This document shows, piece by piece, positions 25,302 to 39,505 of a DNA stretch of 64,000 bases (position 1 is its first letter; every line of letters starts with the position of its first letter). The stretch is from Octopus vulgaris (Eukaryota): positions 2,418,001 to 2,482,000 of the forward strand of contig OX597826.1 in assembly GCA_951406725.2 (NCBI GenBank), given 5' to 3'. Both the position numbers and the translations under genes were made by a program. The notes under the pieces were generated by a model. That model had not been told where the DNA came from. It searched no databases and worked only from the letters and a program-made list of their open reading frames with translations.

Positions 25302-25633
25302 CATACACACACACATTTGATTAACTTTCATATAGTTTCCCATCCAATAGGTGGAACGAGGGCTATTCTAGGGACCTTTATTCCATGGTGAAATGCTTCT
25401 TCACCACAAAATAGACTAATCAGCAACATCAAAATAGTGTCCTACACATTACATTTAATCTTAACGACACAGGTTTTAACTGTATATTCTATAATAATGT
25501 CGATCAGCCTCAGCGTTTTCACAGAAATGTACTTATATTCTGTAAAAGAATCTCAGCCTTATCGTATAACGAAACCTCATTGCATACATTAGTAAATGTA
25601 TACAAGAACGCATTAACATCTGGTGGTTTTAAA

Positions 25634-26042
25634 GGCGCAGGAGTGGCTGTGTGGTAATTAGCTTGCTTACCAGCCACATGGTTCTGGGTTCAGTCCCACT
25701 GTGTGGCACCTGGAGCAAGCGTCTTCTATTATAGCCTCGAGTCGACTAAAGCCTTGTGAGTGGATTTGGTAGACGGAAACTGAAAGAAGCCCGTCGTATA
25801 TATGTATATATATATATGTGTGTGTCTGTGTTTGCCCCCCCCCCCAACATCGCTTGACACGATGCTGGTGTGTTTACGTCTCCGTAACTTAAGGGTTCGG
25901 CAAAATATACCGATAAAATAAGTACTAGGCTTACAAATAATAAGTCCTGGTGTCTATTTGCACGACTAAATGCGGTGCACGACTAAAGGCGGTGCATGGC
26001 AGCAGTCAAATGGCTGAAAGAGCTAAAAGAGTAAAAGAGTAA
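25634..26042 (+). mobile_element. SINE family A, full length
   Basis: Homology to 1573-1987, including the same 3' flank. Confidence 0.93.
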
Positions 26043-27053
26043 GACTTGAATATCGCTTGATATACAAACAAACGAAATGTCGTGCATCTTGATCATTTAA
26101 TATTTCAAGAAAGAATAGAAAAATATTCTTTTATTTTGTAAACTTGTACCATCTTTTGAACATAAATATATAGTAGAATAAAGAATCTACTCCAATTCAC
26201 ATACAGACCATAAGTTAGGAAATTCATACAAGAAAGCATTATCACCTGGACGATTTAAAGTAACGTTTCATTATTATATGAGGTAGAATACAAAAGAGAA
26301 GCCGGGTTGCTTAATTCGGGATATTAAATTGAAGTCAGAATTTAGAACAGACAAACATTCCTTGGTTCTGAAAAATTCCACTATCTTTTTCAAAGGAAAT
26401 ATAAAAAGGAATCCTTTTCTACTCAAATTCACTTAACATAACTTATTGAACATTAACAGATTTCGATAACATACTATCAACTGTCAATAATAATAAAATA
26501 ATGATTAATTGAAATTACTAGAACGTAAATAGCATTAACACATCAAAAATGCAATTGTCATTCAGAAAACGTATGTCCAGTTAATGGCAATTGTATAAGC
26601 AACACATTTTTCTATCCACCGCCTGTCACATTTAATATTAATCAAAATTGAATTGATTATATTGGAATGACAGCATATCAATTTGAAGATGAGATATTAT
26701 CAGAATAATTATACATTTAATAACATTGCAAAAACGATTTGACATTTGCTTAAGCGACACAAGTTTTTTTTTTGTTGGGGAATAATATTTTAATCTAGTA
26801 TATTAGATGCTGCTGTTAGACAATCAATAAGACATACAGAATCTAATTTCTTCTGTAGCTTACGTAGCGCTGACTTAAACTTATTTAGGAAAAACACTAA
26901 CAACTGATACGTAGATACATATGTTCTATGAAAATGTATTTACCTATGTATATAAATGCTAGTGTGCGTGTACTTAAGTGGTTATCTTCGGAATATATAT
27001 AGTTGTGTATGTTTGTGTGAGTATGTGTATGAAAGTATGTATGTATGTATGTA

Positions 27054-27621
27054 TTGGTTTGTCCGGAAAGTTCCTGCCGATTTATAGTAGCTTACCATTC
27101 GACTTATTTTAGAACATGTTTGAGTCCATAAAATAGCATTTAACTATACCTCCGTTTTGAGCACAGGTTAAGCTATATTTTCGTGGAAGAAGGTTTAAGT
27201 TCTTATAACCTGTGTTAATTCTGTAACCCTTTAAAATGGTAGATAAGGAAGTTCATTTTCGGCACTTGATGCTTTGGGAACCAGCCAAAAATTGCTGCAG
27301 CTCGGCTGAGATGTGTTACCCACACCCTCCATATTCACCCGATATTGCTCCTTCGGATTTCCACTTATTCACATCTCTGCAGAATAGTCTTAATGTTAAA
27401 AGTTTAACTTCTTTGGATGATGTAAAAAGATACCTTTATGAATTCTTAGGCTATGAAACCACTTCAATTCTGGGAAGAGGGTATTTTCAAGTTAAAGGAA
27501 AGATGGAGACGCATTGTGCAACAAAATGGTTCATATTAGGTTGATTAAAGATGTAATAGCAAGTATTTATTGACCTTTTTCTTTCCTTTAAAAATCGGCA
27601 CGAACTTTCCAGACATCTCAA
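27054..27621 (+). mobile_element. Internally deleted mariner transposon
   Basis: TA TSD; TIRs TTGGTTTGTCCGGAAAGTTC..GCCGATTT / AAATCGGCACGAACTTTCCAGACATCTCAA; transposase remnants MVDKEVHFRH and HPPYSPDIAPSDFHLF. Confidence 0.95.
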
Positions 27622-27844
27622 TATGTATGTATGTACGCATGTATGTATGTATGTATGTATGTATGTATGTATGTATGTATGTATCTATCTATCTGTCTGT
27701 CTATCCATGAATGTAGTCCAGAGGACTAGGTACCCCGTGGAGTTAACCTTCGATAAAGTTTTCGGTGTAAAAAATTCAAATCATTTGAGTTGCACAAATG
27801 ATGTGATTAATAATAAATTCTCATATATTCCATCTTCCGTCATT

Positions 27845-28229
27845 CGTTTACTATCTATCTACGGCACTCCGTCAGTTACGACGCCAAGGGTTCCGGTTGA
27901 TACGATCAACGGAACGGCCTACTTGTAAAATTAACGTGCAAGTGGCCGAGCACACCACAGACACGTTTACCCTTCGGGGAAATTCAGCGTGACACAGAGT
28001 GTGACTAGGCTGGCCCTTTGAAATACAGGTACAACAGAAACACGAAGAAAGTGTGTGATAAAATTGTGGTGAAAGAGTGCAGCGGTGTTCGCCAACACCG
28101 CCTGCCGGTACCTCGTGTAGCTTTAGGTGTTTTCGCTCCATACTTAGACACAAGGCCCGGTCTGAAAATCGAAACCGCGATCCTACGACCGCGAGTCCGC
28201 TGGCCTAACCACTGGGCCATTGCGCCTCC
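27845..28229 (-). mobile_element. SINE: family B head and body with a different tail (shared with 29331-29573)
   Basis: GGAGGCGCAATGGCCCAGTGGTTAGG head; tail GTACCTGTATTTCAAAGGGCCAGCC..GTCACACTCTGTGTCA. Confidence 0.9.
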
Positions 28230-28296
28230 CCACTCACACACAGATATATATATATGCATATACATACACACACGCATATATATGTATATATATAAA

Positions 28297-28333
<37 letters not shown>

Positions 28334-28377
28334 AAATATATATATATACATACATACATACATATATATGCGCGCGC

Positions 28378-28616
28378 AGGTGTGTGTGTGTATGTGCGTA
28401 TGTTAATGTCTGTGTTTGTACCCCACCATCTCTTGGCAATTAGTGTTGGTGTGTTTATATGAACGGAATTTTGAGGTTCAGCTTAAGAGATAGATAGAAT
28501 ACATACGAGTCTTAAAACAAAAAGTATCGGGGTTGGTTCATTCGACTAATAATTCCTCAAGGCGGTGCCACCAGCATAGTCGCAGTCAAATGACTGAAGC
28601 AAGCAAAAGATAAGAG
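28378..28616 (+). mobile_element. SINE family A, 3' half
   Basis: GGTGTGTTTA..GATAGAATA..GGCGGTGCCACCAGCATAGTCGCAGTCAAATGACTGAA. Confidence 0.85.
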
Positions 28617-29330
28617 ACAAGCCATTGGCCATTGAGGACCGACCTGGGGGTAAATAAAACATCGTCCTAAAAACGAAAAGCTCTGTCCTAACATTAGTTG
28701 GGGTTAACCTCACAGGTAGCTAGTCCCAAACTATGAGCCTCATAATTTTAATCAGTTATATACTCTAGAAAGAGATATGTGCTGCAGCCTATAGTCTCAG
28801 CCTGTCTCTCAGTGCCTTTCTTTCTCAATTTATCTCACTCACACATACGCATACAAATATTCACACGCATTGATGTGATTAGCTATCTGCATGTTCTTAC
28901 TAATATTGCTGCAATTCAATCTTTCACTTCAGAGTTAGTATGACAAACATCAAATATCTTAATATTTTGGACATTACGAATGAAATTCAATCTGTATGAA
29001 ACAAAGCCAATAGAACACACCATTCTGTCACTGGATGGTTTTAACACAGCTGCCTTTTATGGAGTTTAATATTGCACACTATTTGGAAATTTGACAATTA
29101 ACTTGTGAAGAAGCCTTTCATTGCTTGGTTAACGGATATCGCATTACAATTGCCATTTGTTATCGGATAATAAATACTACAGAATCCATCGTTATACACT
29201 GGGGAATTATAATATACTTACTGTTCAGGAGATTGTAATATCATGGTGATACGATGCTTGTTACGTTGCATCGTCATTCCTCGGTGCCGAAATTATGGAT
29301 ATCAGTGTTGAGAAAAGTAAATATACCTAC

Positions 29331-29573
29331 CTCCCTGAACACTCCACAGACCTGTGTACCCCTAACGTGGTCTCAGGGAGATTTAGCTTGACACAGAGTG
29401 TGACAAGGCTGGCTCTTTGAAATGCAGGTACAACCTACTTTTGCCAGTTGAGTGTACTAGACCAACGTAAAATAAAGTGCCTCGCTCAAGGACACAACGC
29501 GTCGACGGGAATTGAACTCAAGACCTTGAGATCTTGATCCGAATGCCCTAACCACTAAGCTAAGCGCCTTCAC
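29331..29573 (-). mobile_element. SINE: family D head/CORE-like body with the 27845-type tail, 3' truncated
   Basis: GCTTAGTGGTTAGGGC..GAGTTCAATTCC, TGTGTCCTTGAGCGAGGCACTTTATTT, then GTACCTGCATTTCAAAG tail. Confidence 0.88.
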
Positions 29574-29580
29574 ATACATG

Positions 29581-29652
29581 TTGGGTTGTCCGGAAAGTTT
29601 GTACCGATTTATAGTAGCTTACCTTTCGACTTATTTTAGAACATAGTTGAGT

Positions 29653-29657
<5 letters not shown>
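29581..29657 (+). mobile_element. Mariner left end (same family as 27054-27621) truncated at (TA)n
   Basis: TTGGGTTGTCCGGAAAGTT..CCGATTTATAGTAGCTTACC. Confidence 0.9.
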
Positions 29658-29707
<50 letters not shown>

Positions 29708-29709
<2 letters not shown>

Positions 29710-30208
29710 GATTATAACATACAATGGAAGATTTTGGCCAGATGTAAGCCCTATACCAACGGCAGCGGAAGGTGCGGTCTATGCGACATGGAGAGATGGC
29801 TTATCTGGAAAAGCAGCTTAGACCCTACTACATGTCTAAATACAAGGACAGAGCTTTTCGGGTCATGCCCACATGTGACTAAATTTCTGTTACGTTTTTG
29901 GTCCCCTAAAGAAAACAGATAGAACATGCTTTCTATGTTATGTCCCAAGAAGAATTTATATATTTTTATATATTTTTATATATTTTTTATGTATTATTAT
30001 ATAAGTTTTATGACGAAAAATGCGAGTGATGTATAAGTACGCAGGCAAGCAGAGTTATAACACAGTAATTTCCCTTTATTTAACGGTATTTTTTCATAGC
30101 GTTTTCAAATAGCCAGATAACCGGAGAGATGGTGTTGTGGATTTCCACTTCGGCATCTGAAACTCAGAGTTTTATCTTGACTACCGAGTAATGTAACATA
30201 TTATTGTA
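29708..30208 (+). mobile_element. Penelope-like 3' fragment: GIY-YIG C-terminus plus pLTR with degenerate hammerhead
   Basis: YNIQWKIL..Y..GSGRCGLCDME..I..LNTRTELFGSCPH; flanked by (TA)n; hammerhead-like fold at 30115-30177. Confidence 0.88.
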
Positions 30209-30489
30209 TATATATATATATATTTATGTCCAGTCTATCATTGTTTGTTCGTTCGAAGTAGTAAATTACCATGAATTTTAATATAAAAATTTCTAGATGA
30301 TGCTGTCTTATAAAGTTCCCTAAATTGTCGTTAACAGCACGAAATAGTAATTATCAGTCCGTAGTCGGACAACTGATGAGTAGTTTTGTTCCTCTGGTAT
30401 TTTGTCCTGTACTTTTCTCCTGTGAGTTTACGTATTTGTCACTCGTTGGTGACGTCCTGTACACAATGTGTATTTTTCATATATATGTA

Positions 30490-30542
<53 letters not shown>

Positions 30543-32163
30543 GCATACATACAAACATGTATATATATATAAATATGTATGTACAGAGAAAGAGAGGAAC
30601 TGAGACAGCGACTGCGTTGTCTATACAGCTAGCTGTATATGTATTTGTATGTGTGCGTGTCTCTGAGGAGGCATTTATATTTCAAGAGAATTACAGGTCA
30701 CCTAAGTTAAATTACTTTTTATTCGTGCGTAGGTCAGCTCTAATTAAAGAGACGTGTGGACAATAGAAGATCTCGTCGTGACGATCTTACAATTTCTTTT
30801 TTATGTCTTGCTCGATTTTTTACGATGTGCCCTACATTTCATTTAAGAATAACGATTATAATTTCAGGCAAAGTTTGCCGTTCTTTCTAGAAGTTGAACT
30901 AATCACTTAGGTATTCACTCTGCTCGTAATTCTTACTTTATTTTTTGAAAATATGTATTCGTTAAATAAGCTATTGTTATTTCTAATTTTCTGCCTCTAA
31001 ATTTCTTATGTCTATGTAAATATCCTTAGAAATATGTGTTACTTTAAACATCCTTTTATTGCTTCACGAAATCTCTGCGTATGGTTATATTAGAGTAGTC
31101 TCACAAGAGATAAAAAGCACCGTTTAGTATTTTAAGAGCACCAAGAGACCTTGCAGAGTTCAGCCTTTAATTATATATTTCCGTGACGCCAAATCTACTT
31201 GATAAGAATTACCATCAACACAATGTTGTTAAAAAAAATATACTCATTGTTTCTATTTTATTGCACTGACCAACCCTTGAGAGAGTGGAAGAGAGAAAAT
31301 GAGAAAGAGAGAGCACTATTAATCTTTGATCTATTATCGACCACTACCTACTTTAAAGATATATAAGAAATCAGACCCCGTAGAAAAAAAAAGAATATAA
31401 TTTAACATCACTAAGTTTGTCAAAATCGATACTTTTCCTCCATCAATATACTTCAACATCAGACATCAGGATAATATCTATCATCATAGACATTATTTCT
31501 CTGTTATATGTCGACTATCAAAGACAGTGAACGTTTAGGCTACTGAAATAATCATCAGTGTGGTTTAATCAATTCTAAGTACCAGTTCTTCTGATCATCA
31601 CGCATTCGTTTAATCGGGAAGAAAAGAAAAACAGAGAAGAAAAGAACGAAAGAAAAGAATGAAACCGGGATTCTAAATACATTGATCAGATTTGACGTTC
31701 CTTGCTGTATGTCCATACATAAAATAATTAATTCTCAAAGTTGCAGAAAAGCAAATTGGCAAATTGCAGCAGCAGTAGGTGTAGTTGAGATATAGAAAAG
31801 AAATTTTGTTCCTGACGATCTTGTTTAACCACTGGTTTATTACCTTGGTCAACAGGACACGTATATACAAATGCATTTCTACAATGATCTCCCCGCTAGT
31901 TGTTTTGCAGCTATTTCATATGAGATGTGCTTTGTTCTAAACTATGCATGATATGACGGATAATGGAGGCAATTATAAGTTGATCGAAAGACGCTGTAAA
32001 CTAGTAACACAAGAATTCGATCGATTTTTTTTTTTGTAGTCAATTTCTTTCGAATATACATATGCACATGGATTTCGAAATGTTGATTGCATCTCGTTTT
32101 AATCACTCATTTCAGATGTATACATATATACATATATTCTGGATGGGTATGTTTTCTGAAGAC

Positions 32164-32424
32164 GTGGAGGCGCAATGGCCCAGCGGTTAGGGCAGTGGAT
32201 TCGCAACTACACCCAAAGCTCCATGAGGCTCCGGCAGTGGGTGGTGGCGACCCCTGTTGTACTCTTTCGCCCCAACTTTCTATTACTCTTTCTTCCTGTT
32301 TCTTGAGTAACGCTGCGATGGACTGGTGTCCTGTCCAGCTGCTGGAAGCATATACGCCACAGAAACCTGGAAACCGGGCCCATGAGCCTGGCTAGGCTTG
32401 AAAAGGGCGCATAAATAAAAAAAA
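32164..32424 (+). mobile_element. SINE family B with internal deletion in the head
   Basis: Perfect 15-bp TSD ATGTTTTCTGAAGAC at 32149-32163 and 32425-32439; A-rich tail. Confidence 0.93.
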
Positions 32425-32539
32425 ATGTTTTCTGAAGACTTGAAGAAGACAGTAATATCGATATAAAATGCAACCTCTCATGGACTCGTGACTTTCTTGG
32501 ACATCACATTCTACTTCGAAAGCTATGAATTTATAATCG

Positions 32540-33590
32540 AAAAATAGGAGATTCATATGAAATACCTAATCAACGAAAGAGACAGCGCAACTTTTGGAGC
32601 TCCAAGACGCACCCGAAAGTGTAGATTATGTCACATTTCTGTGGAAGACATCACACGTTTCTTTAGCATTTGCCTCAGAATATTATCAACATACTACCTC
32701 TGTATGAAACACAACCTTTTCGCAAAAAAACAATATAAAATGTATAGCCTGCTGGTGACGATGTTTCCTGGGGCTGAATAACTGTAACATTCGTCCTAAA
32801 TCAGTACTGCCACGTTATGTTGCCAAAGAATCTTTACTCTAGAATACTGTTACTGAATGTCTCTCGTTGAAAGATATACAAATAGAATTTTTCTATTTTA
32901 ATATAAAATGCTATACTGTCATGGAATGAATATACAAAATATAAAGGAGGGATGTGGCAGAATCGTTAGCACGCCGGGCGAAATGCTTAGAAGTAGTTCG
33001 TCTGCCGCTACGTTCTGAGTTCAAATTCCGCCGAGGTCGACTTTGCCTTTCATCCTTTCGGGGTCGATAAATTAAGTACCAGTTACGCACTGATGTCGAT
33101 GTAATCTACGTAATCCCTTTTTCTGTCCTTGCTTGTCCCCTCTATGTTTTTGTCCCTTGTGGGCATTAAAGAAATAGGAAGGAATATACATAATCGCCCT
33201 CTTATTAAATATATACACAGACATCAGCACAAGGAGCACTGGTGGGATATTCTAATCAAAGCATCTGTGAAGAGTAAACATAACACACCAGATATTTTGT
33301 TTGGGACAGACAAGTAAAAGTATGTACCGTCACAGAAGTCAGCTGTTCTTCTGATGTGAATATCTCTGTGAAACTCAAAGAGAAAGAGAAGAGCTACGCT
33401 CAGATGCTTCGAAAGTTCATGCTTTTATATCCAGATTATAAATTTACATCTATACCAATAATAATTGATGGCAGTTTGGATAAACTAATTGTGTTCAGAG
33501 AAGCAAATCAAACCACTAACTCACAAACTACAAATATATTCTGTAAGCGGAATACTAAAAATATGCAGACTCTTCCTAAGTTTAAAATTT
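32540..33590 (+). mobile_element. Degenerate R4/Dong-like non-LTR element 3' part (CCHC knuckle plus restriction-like endonuclease), interrupted
   Basis: KCRLCH..EDIT..C..YYL..KHN; WWD..KHNTPDI..CTVTEVSC..DVNI..KEKEKSY..LYPDYKF..IPIII. Confidence 0.82.
32946..33178 (+). mobile_element. SINE family C inserted in the R4/Dong-like remnant
   Basis: TGGCAGAATCGTTAGC..GAGTTCAAATTCC..GGTCGACTTTGCCTTTCATCC; TSD ggaa.gaatataca.aat. Confidence 0.93.
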
Positions 33591-33733
33591 GACACTCTTT
33601 ACCTACATTCCAAACGATGACGTCTGGTATTTTTCTTAGAAATCAACTACCTTCCAAGACGAATAATTTAAAGAATAAAAAACGAAGAAAACATACACAC
33701 ACACATGCACAGGCGCAGACACAAACACGCACA

Positions 33734-33769
<36 letters not shown>

Positions 33770-34368
33770 TAAACGCACACACACACATGCACATATATGT
33801 ATATTGTTTGGCATTTGATTTGCAAACTTCTTGACGTAAAATAAAATGCTGATGTAAAATGCAATGTCATTTTTCCAAGAAAAAGGTCCGCTGGTAGTAT
33901 TTCAGTTCATTTATCTTTATTTTTCAGGCAGTTAAATAAGTAACTAAATAACTGGTCACAACTTGAAGATTAACGTCATTAATTAGTAATGTGGTTCCGT
34001 ACTGTCCATGTGCCACAATTTTCCATTCAACAATGGTGTTCTCATGTTCATGGTTGCCACAGATTTGGAACGAAATATCACATATATTTAAATGAAGTTT
34101 TTTCAGTGTGACACAAGCAAAGCCGTCAGTTAACATTTTTAACACATTTCCCTCTCGCCCTTGCTCACACACATGAGTAGCTTTTAAGTTTATCGCCTAT
34201 TTATTACTTGCGCCAGTCACTGGAAAGCGACTTTCTTGGTGCAGTGCCTCGAAGTGTCTACTAGACGACATCGCCAAATACGAAGACATACTCAAACAAT
34301 TGACTGGTTTCCGAATTCAATCAGTCATAATAAAAGAAAAATACATTTCCGGAGATACCTGTAATTGA

Positions 34369-34630
34369 GATTCTTTTCTACTCTAGGCACAAGGCCCGAA
34401 AGTTTGTGGTGGAGCCAGTCGATTAGATCGATTTAGTACGCAACTGGTGCTTAATTTATCGACCCCGAAAGGATGAAAGGCAAAGTCGACCTCGGCGGAA
34501 TTTGAACTCAGAACATAAAGACAGACGAAAAACAGTTAAGCATTTCGTCTGACGTGCTAACGTTTCTGCCAGCTCGCCGCCGAAACCATATCATTGTAGA
34601 GCGAACTGCTTAACCACACAGCCACACCTC
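34369..34630 (-). mobile_element. SINE family C with an adjacent family A head fragment
   Basis: Reverse complement of family C to 34582; cttaaccacacagccacacct to 34630. Confidence 0.9.
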
Positions 34631-35071
34631 CTACATATCAACTATTTTGGGTAATATTTCTTTTAGAGTCTCGGGTTGTTTTTTAATGTAAAAGTTTATT
34701 TTCTGTTGAACGATGCTTATCTACTTCATGAGTGCAATAGTTTGAAAAGCTGGCTTTGTAAATGATCTCTCATTTGACGTAAAAGTTAATTATTTTGCGT
34801 TATTTTAAAATAGCCATGTAACATATGATTCTTCTCTTTTAATAATACAACCAAGAATTTCCCGAAAATATAATTTAATCGTGGAATTAGTGACCCAGGG
34901 AAATCCAGAGTGAAAAGTATGACTACATTCACACACACACACACACGTACACACGCATCCTCCCACAGCTACAGGCACTTGTACACACATACACAATCAC
35001 CTATGGATAAATATATATATATATCTTTTAAATACACAGTTATGTATGTATGCGTATGTATGTAATTCCAT

Positions 35072-35115
<44 letters not shown>

Positions 35116-35133
35116 GAACTATTGCACACACAA

Positions 35134-35200
<67 letters not shown>

Positions 35201-35730
35201 GACTATTACACTTGCAATCCCTTATGGCTACCTGCCCTTAATTCTTTTACGTCTGCATCTGGAATATGGCGTCTGTTATTATGAAATCATGCTGAATGCA
35301 TTATGTCTTTCATTGATTTCTTTCTAACAGGTCATCATATGAAACTTCATATATATATCCACATATACACATTACCTCTTGACACACACATAGATATATA
35401 TATATCTATACACACATACACACATACATGCATACATACATTCATAATTCACACACATGCACATATGCTATTTTTGAAGCTATTAATATTGTCATGCGTT
35501 GTCATGATAACCTCCTAACATCTTACACAAACATGAATATTCAATACTAATTTGCATCGATTAGATGTGATATCATCTGGCATTGCAGCATCCATATTAC
35601 ATTTCATCCTATACCGTCTGCATTGTTGTTGGCATAACAGTAAATCGTTGGACATAAATGTTAAAAAACTTTTTCGAAAATAAGCTGTAACGCAGACAAA
35701 CTATTTTACGCTGAAGAATATGTGTTGCGA

Positions 35731-35817
<87 letters not shown>

Positions 35818-35890
35818 CACCACCACTACTACTACTATTACTACTACTACTACCACCACCACAACCACCAAACCACCACTACTACTACAA
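35731..35890. repeat. (ACT)n/(ACC)n microsatellite, possibly the tail of a short minus-strand retroelement end (35890-35960)
   Basis: Directly visible trinucleotide run. Confidence 0.9.
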
Positions 35891-36118
35891 CTAGCTCTTG
35901 TCCACTTAGGGATCCGGATTGAACCAGACCCCCACCTAGCAACTTAACAGGCCCTTCTCTTCAGCGTAATGATATTAATAAAGATGATGATGATAATACC
36001 AAACATTATTATTATTTTATTTATTTTCCACCGGGTCGAAGTATGAGGGGTACTACACAAAGACAGAGAGAAACAAAATATATAAATAATAAAAGAAGAG
36101 CAAGTATATACGAGATAC

Positions 36119-36778
<660 letters not shown>

Positions 36779-37077
36779 CGGTATACAATGAAAAGGAAGA
36801 GAAATATACATAGTATACAAATGTAAAAGATTGGTAGGGTGACCTCTAAGGATAATTGAGGGACCCCACTGTCCAAAATTACCCTGAACACTAAGGGCAA
36901 GTGCCCTCTCCAATTCCTTTTCTCCGACTCACAAGTCTACGCTTAGATAGGTACCATCCACTCTTGCCATTTTCGCAGCTTTCACTCACCTTTCAAGAAT
37001 AATAAAAGATAATGATGCCTAACAGACACATGTCTATGTTATATAATACGGAGTTTTCTAGAGTATATTTCTAACTA

Positions 37078-37665
37078 TAAATATTCTTTTCTACTAAAAG
37101 CACAAGGCCTGACATTTAGAGGAAGTGTTTAGACAATTACACTGTTCCCAGTAGGCCACTGGTACTTAATTTATCGACTCCGAAATTATAAAAGGTAAAA
37201 TCGACCTCGATGGAATTTGAACTCAGAACGTAACGTCAGGCGAAATACCCATTTCTTTACTGCCCACAAGGGGCTAAACATAGAGTGGACAAACAAGGAC
37301 AGGCAAACGGATAAGGTCGATTATATCGACTCTAGTACCCAACGGGTACTTAATTTATCGACTCCTAAAGGATGAAAGGCAAAGTCGACCTCGGCGGAAT
37401 TTGAACTCAGAACGTAAACACAGAAGAAATACCTATTTCTTTACTACCCACAAGGGGCTAAACACAGAGAGGACAAACAAGGACAGACAAACGGATTAAG
37501 TCGACTATATCGACTCCAGTGCGTAACTGGTACTTATTTAATCGACCCCGAAAGGATGAAAGGTAAAGTCGACCTCGGCGGAATTTGAACTCAGAACGTA
37601 ACGGCAGACGACATACCGCTAAGCATTTCGCCTGCCGTACCTAACGTTTCTGCCATCTCACCGCC
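37078..37665 (-). mobile_element. SINE family C trimer (one head, three tandem approximately 185-bp bodies)
   Basis: Three GAGTTCAAATTCC..GGTCGA..AAGTACC units; single TSD TTTCTAACTA at 37068-37077 and 37666-37675. Confidence 0.92.
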
Positions 37666-38277
37666 TTTCTAACTAAATAATGAGACGAAATATCCTTATT
37701 TCAGTACGAGATGCATTTAAAATGTGCGTCAGTGTCCGACAGTGATTCACTCTTTCCAACTTTATTTTTATTCCTCTTCCATCTGTTCTCTCGACTTAAC
37801 TTTTCACAAAGGAGAATACGAGGTATATTTCGTGATTAAAATTGTGCTGCTGTAAAGGTAATTAAAGGGAGACAGCGAGCTATAAAGTCTTAAAATAAAA
37901 ATCGAGTATTCAGTAATGATATACTTATTGGAATTCACTACACTATCTATCTATTAGTGCATAAGAACAAAAAAATAATTATTCCTAATGTCTAAAGTTT
38001 CAAAACAAAATTCATAAAATATCAATTATAATTTATAATATTCTGCAAACATTATTACTTTCCAGCATATACGTGGTATGAAAAATGCTGGTAGATAAAA
38101 GAAGTTAAATATTTGTTTTGGTTAATTTTCAGTCATATATTCAGGGGACAAAGTCGTAAATAAAATTAATTATTGGAAATAGATAATATATTCATATATC
38201 TGACAGGGTGTATGTGTGTCTATATATATATATATACATCTGCGTATATATGCATACATAGATATAAACACACATAG

Positions 38278-38311
<34 letters not shown>

Positions 38312-38532
38312 TCGGGTAGCATTTAATTATTTCGAAATTAAGAGGATGGCTGCACATTTGGAGAAGGAATGCAGTCCATTAAGATCAACATTACTACTTC
38401 ATTATTTTGCTTGGTTAATCGAAGCCCGGAAAGCGAATGTTAACATATATGACCATAAAAAAGAACGAACAGTAAAATCTATAAACTATGAACTAGAAAA
38501 AAATCTATAATTATGTATATAGCTTCAGCCAG

Positions 38533-38634
<102 letters not shown>

Positions 38635-39060
38635 ACACACACACATATATATATATATGTATGTATGTACACACAATACACACAATATATATATTACATA
38701 TATGTTTATACATATGTATATATATATACTTACATACATATACACATGTATATATACGTACGTACACACACACACACACACACACACATACACATATATA
38801 TATATATATTAATTATCATACAGTTCACCAAAAACGGGTATCAGTTTATGTTTGTTTGAAATCGTTAATTTATTTTGCAGAATGCAGAGTTATATGCTCT
38901 TCGTTATTAGTCATACACGACGCAATGTACATTCACTGTGTACACATATACGATTTGAAGTTAGTTTTCAAATTCTACCCGGAGTTGAGTCGATTTGAAA
39001 CGAATAATTCGATTTTGAGACCAAAAAGTTTTGTTCATATATACATACATATATACATCT

Positions 39061-39385
39061 GAGAGCGCATAGCTCAGTGGTTAGAGCATCGGCATCACAA
39101 TAATGATGTAGCCTGTTGGATCCCTGGACTGAGCTCTGAGTAGTCTTCTTGAGTTAAGACACTTTAGTTCATGTTGTCCAAGTTCACTCATGAATTGATT
39201 TGCGACGTCACTGCGGTCAAGTGAGGCAGCCTTTGCTCTTGGATAACATTGCTGGCGTGGAGAGGTGAGGCTGGTATGCGTTGACGAGTGCTGCTCTTCC
39301 ATAAACAATCTTACCCAGATTGTACCTTGGAGGGGAACATTATAGGTGCAAGCCCATGGTCATTCATGACCGAGAGGTCCTTTAA
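39061..39385 (+). mobile_element. SINE family D, diverged
   Basis: Homologous to the reverse complement of 12890-13226. Confidence 0.88.
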
Positions 39386-39466
39386 CTCTTACCCTTTTTA
39401 CATATATACATATATACGTGTGTGCATGGATATATGTATACACGTATACGTACACGGAAACAGACA

Positions 39467-39500
<34 letters not shown>

Positions 39501-39505
<5 letters not shown>

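Noticed and set aside
37078-37665. CRISPR-like or satellite array
   Set aside because: Units are SINE bodies without unique spacers; eukaryotic context
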